From Eutreptiella sp. 'Long Island Sound 2002' (Eukaryota > Protista > Euglenida): a stretch of DNA of 64,000 bases. A model generated the notes under the pieces. The model worked only from the letters and a program-made list of their open reading frames with translations, was not told where the DNA came from and did no database searches. The translations under genes and the position numbers were made by a program. The stretch's first letter is position 1; the number at the start of each line of letters is the position of its first letter. The DNA lies in contig OZ038379.1 of NCBI GenBank assembly GCA_964036045.1, positions 8,122,001 through 8,186,000 on the forward strand, written 5' to 3'. Positions 63,699 through 64,000 of this stretch are shown in pieces.

Positions 63699-64000
63699 GT
63701 GGGCCATTCTTAGTCGCACATTCCGCATTCGCCACCAAGAACACCACCACTTCTTCATTATATGTGCAGCCTCACATTCCCTCAACCTCTTTGTTCAAAA
63801 ACTACTCGTTGTAACGAGGACTGATACAATGGCTTGTAGTGCACAGGCGGTCTCTTCCCTTGGGTTTTCGTGGAACACTGCTCTTGGTTCCCTCACAGTA
63901 CGCATCACGGGGACTTCGGTAAACAGCTTTGGGAGGGACATAACCCTATTTGCTCCTAGTAGGCGCCACACCCGTTAACATGGGCTACGATCGTGGGGTC

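Overview
Repeat-dense eukaryotic DNA, almost certainly from a euglenid: a near-complete euglenid spliced-leader (SL) exon sits at 33606-33633 (-). The centrepiece is a ~15.9-kb non-LTR retroelement (17737-33633, -) bounded by a 19-bp TSD, with the SL at its 5' end and poly(A) at its 3' end. It carries several same-strand ORFs: (i) a 1310-aa repeat-rich ORF with a ubiquitin-like domain, (ii) a GC-rich cassette, (iii) a long polyprotein with three 2A/StopGo motifs, a Zn ribbon and a RING finger, (iv) a short ORF ending in a candidate -1 frameshift signal, and (v) an APE-RT-RNase H-CCHC ORF with a fourth, degenerate 2A-like motif. The element is nested in a Harbinger/IS5-like DNA transposon whose empty site is also in the window. 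A second, L1/Tx1-like LINE with a cellular-type RNase H has inserted twice at the same nucleotide of a TA-flanked MITE-like family. The right half holds two near-identical copies of an intronless, divergent DEAD-box helicase gene, each next to a tandem array of a ~1.33-kb unit. Coordinates were read by eye. No database searches, alignments or RNA folding were run, so family assignments rest on recognised motifs.
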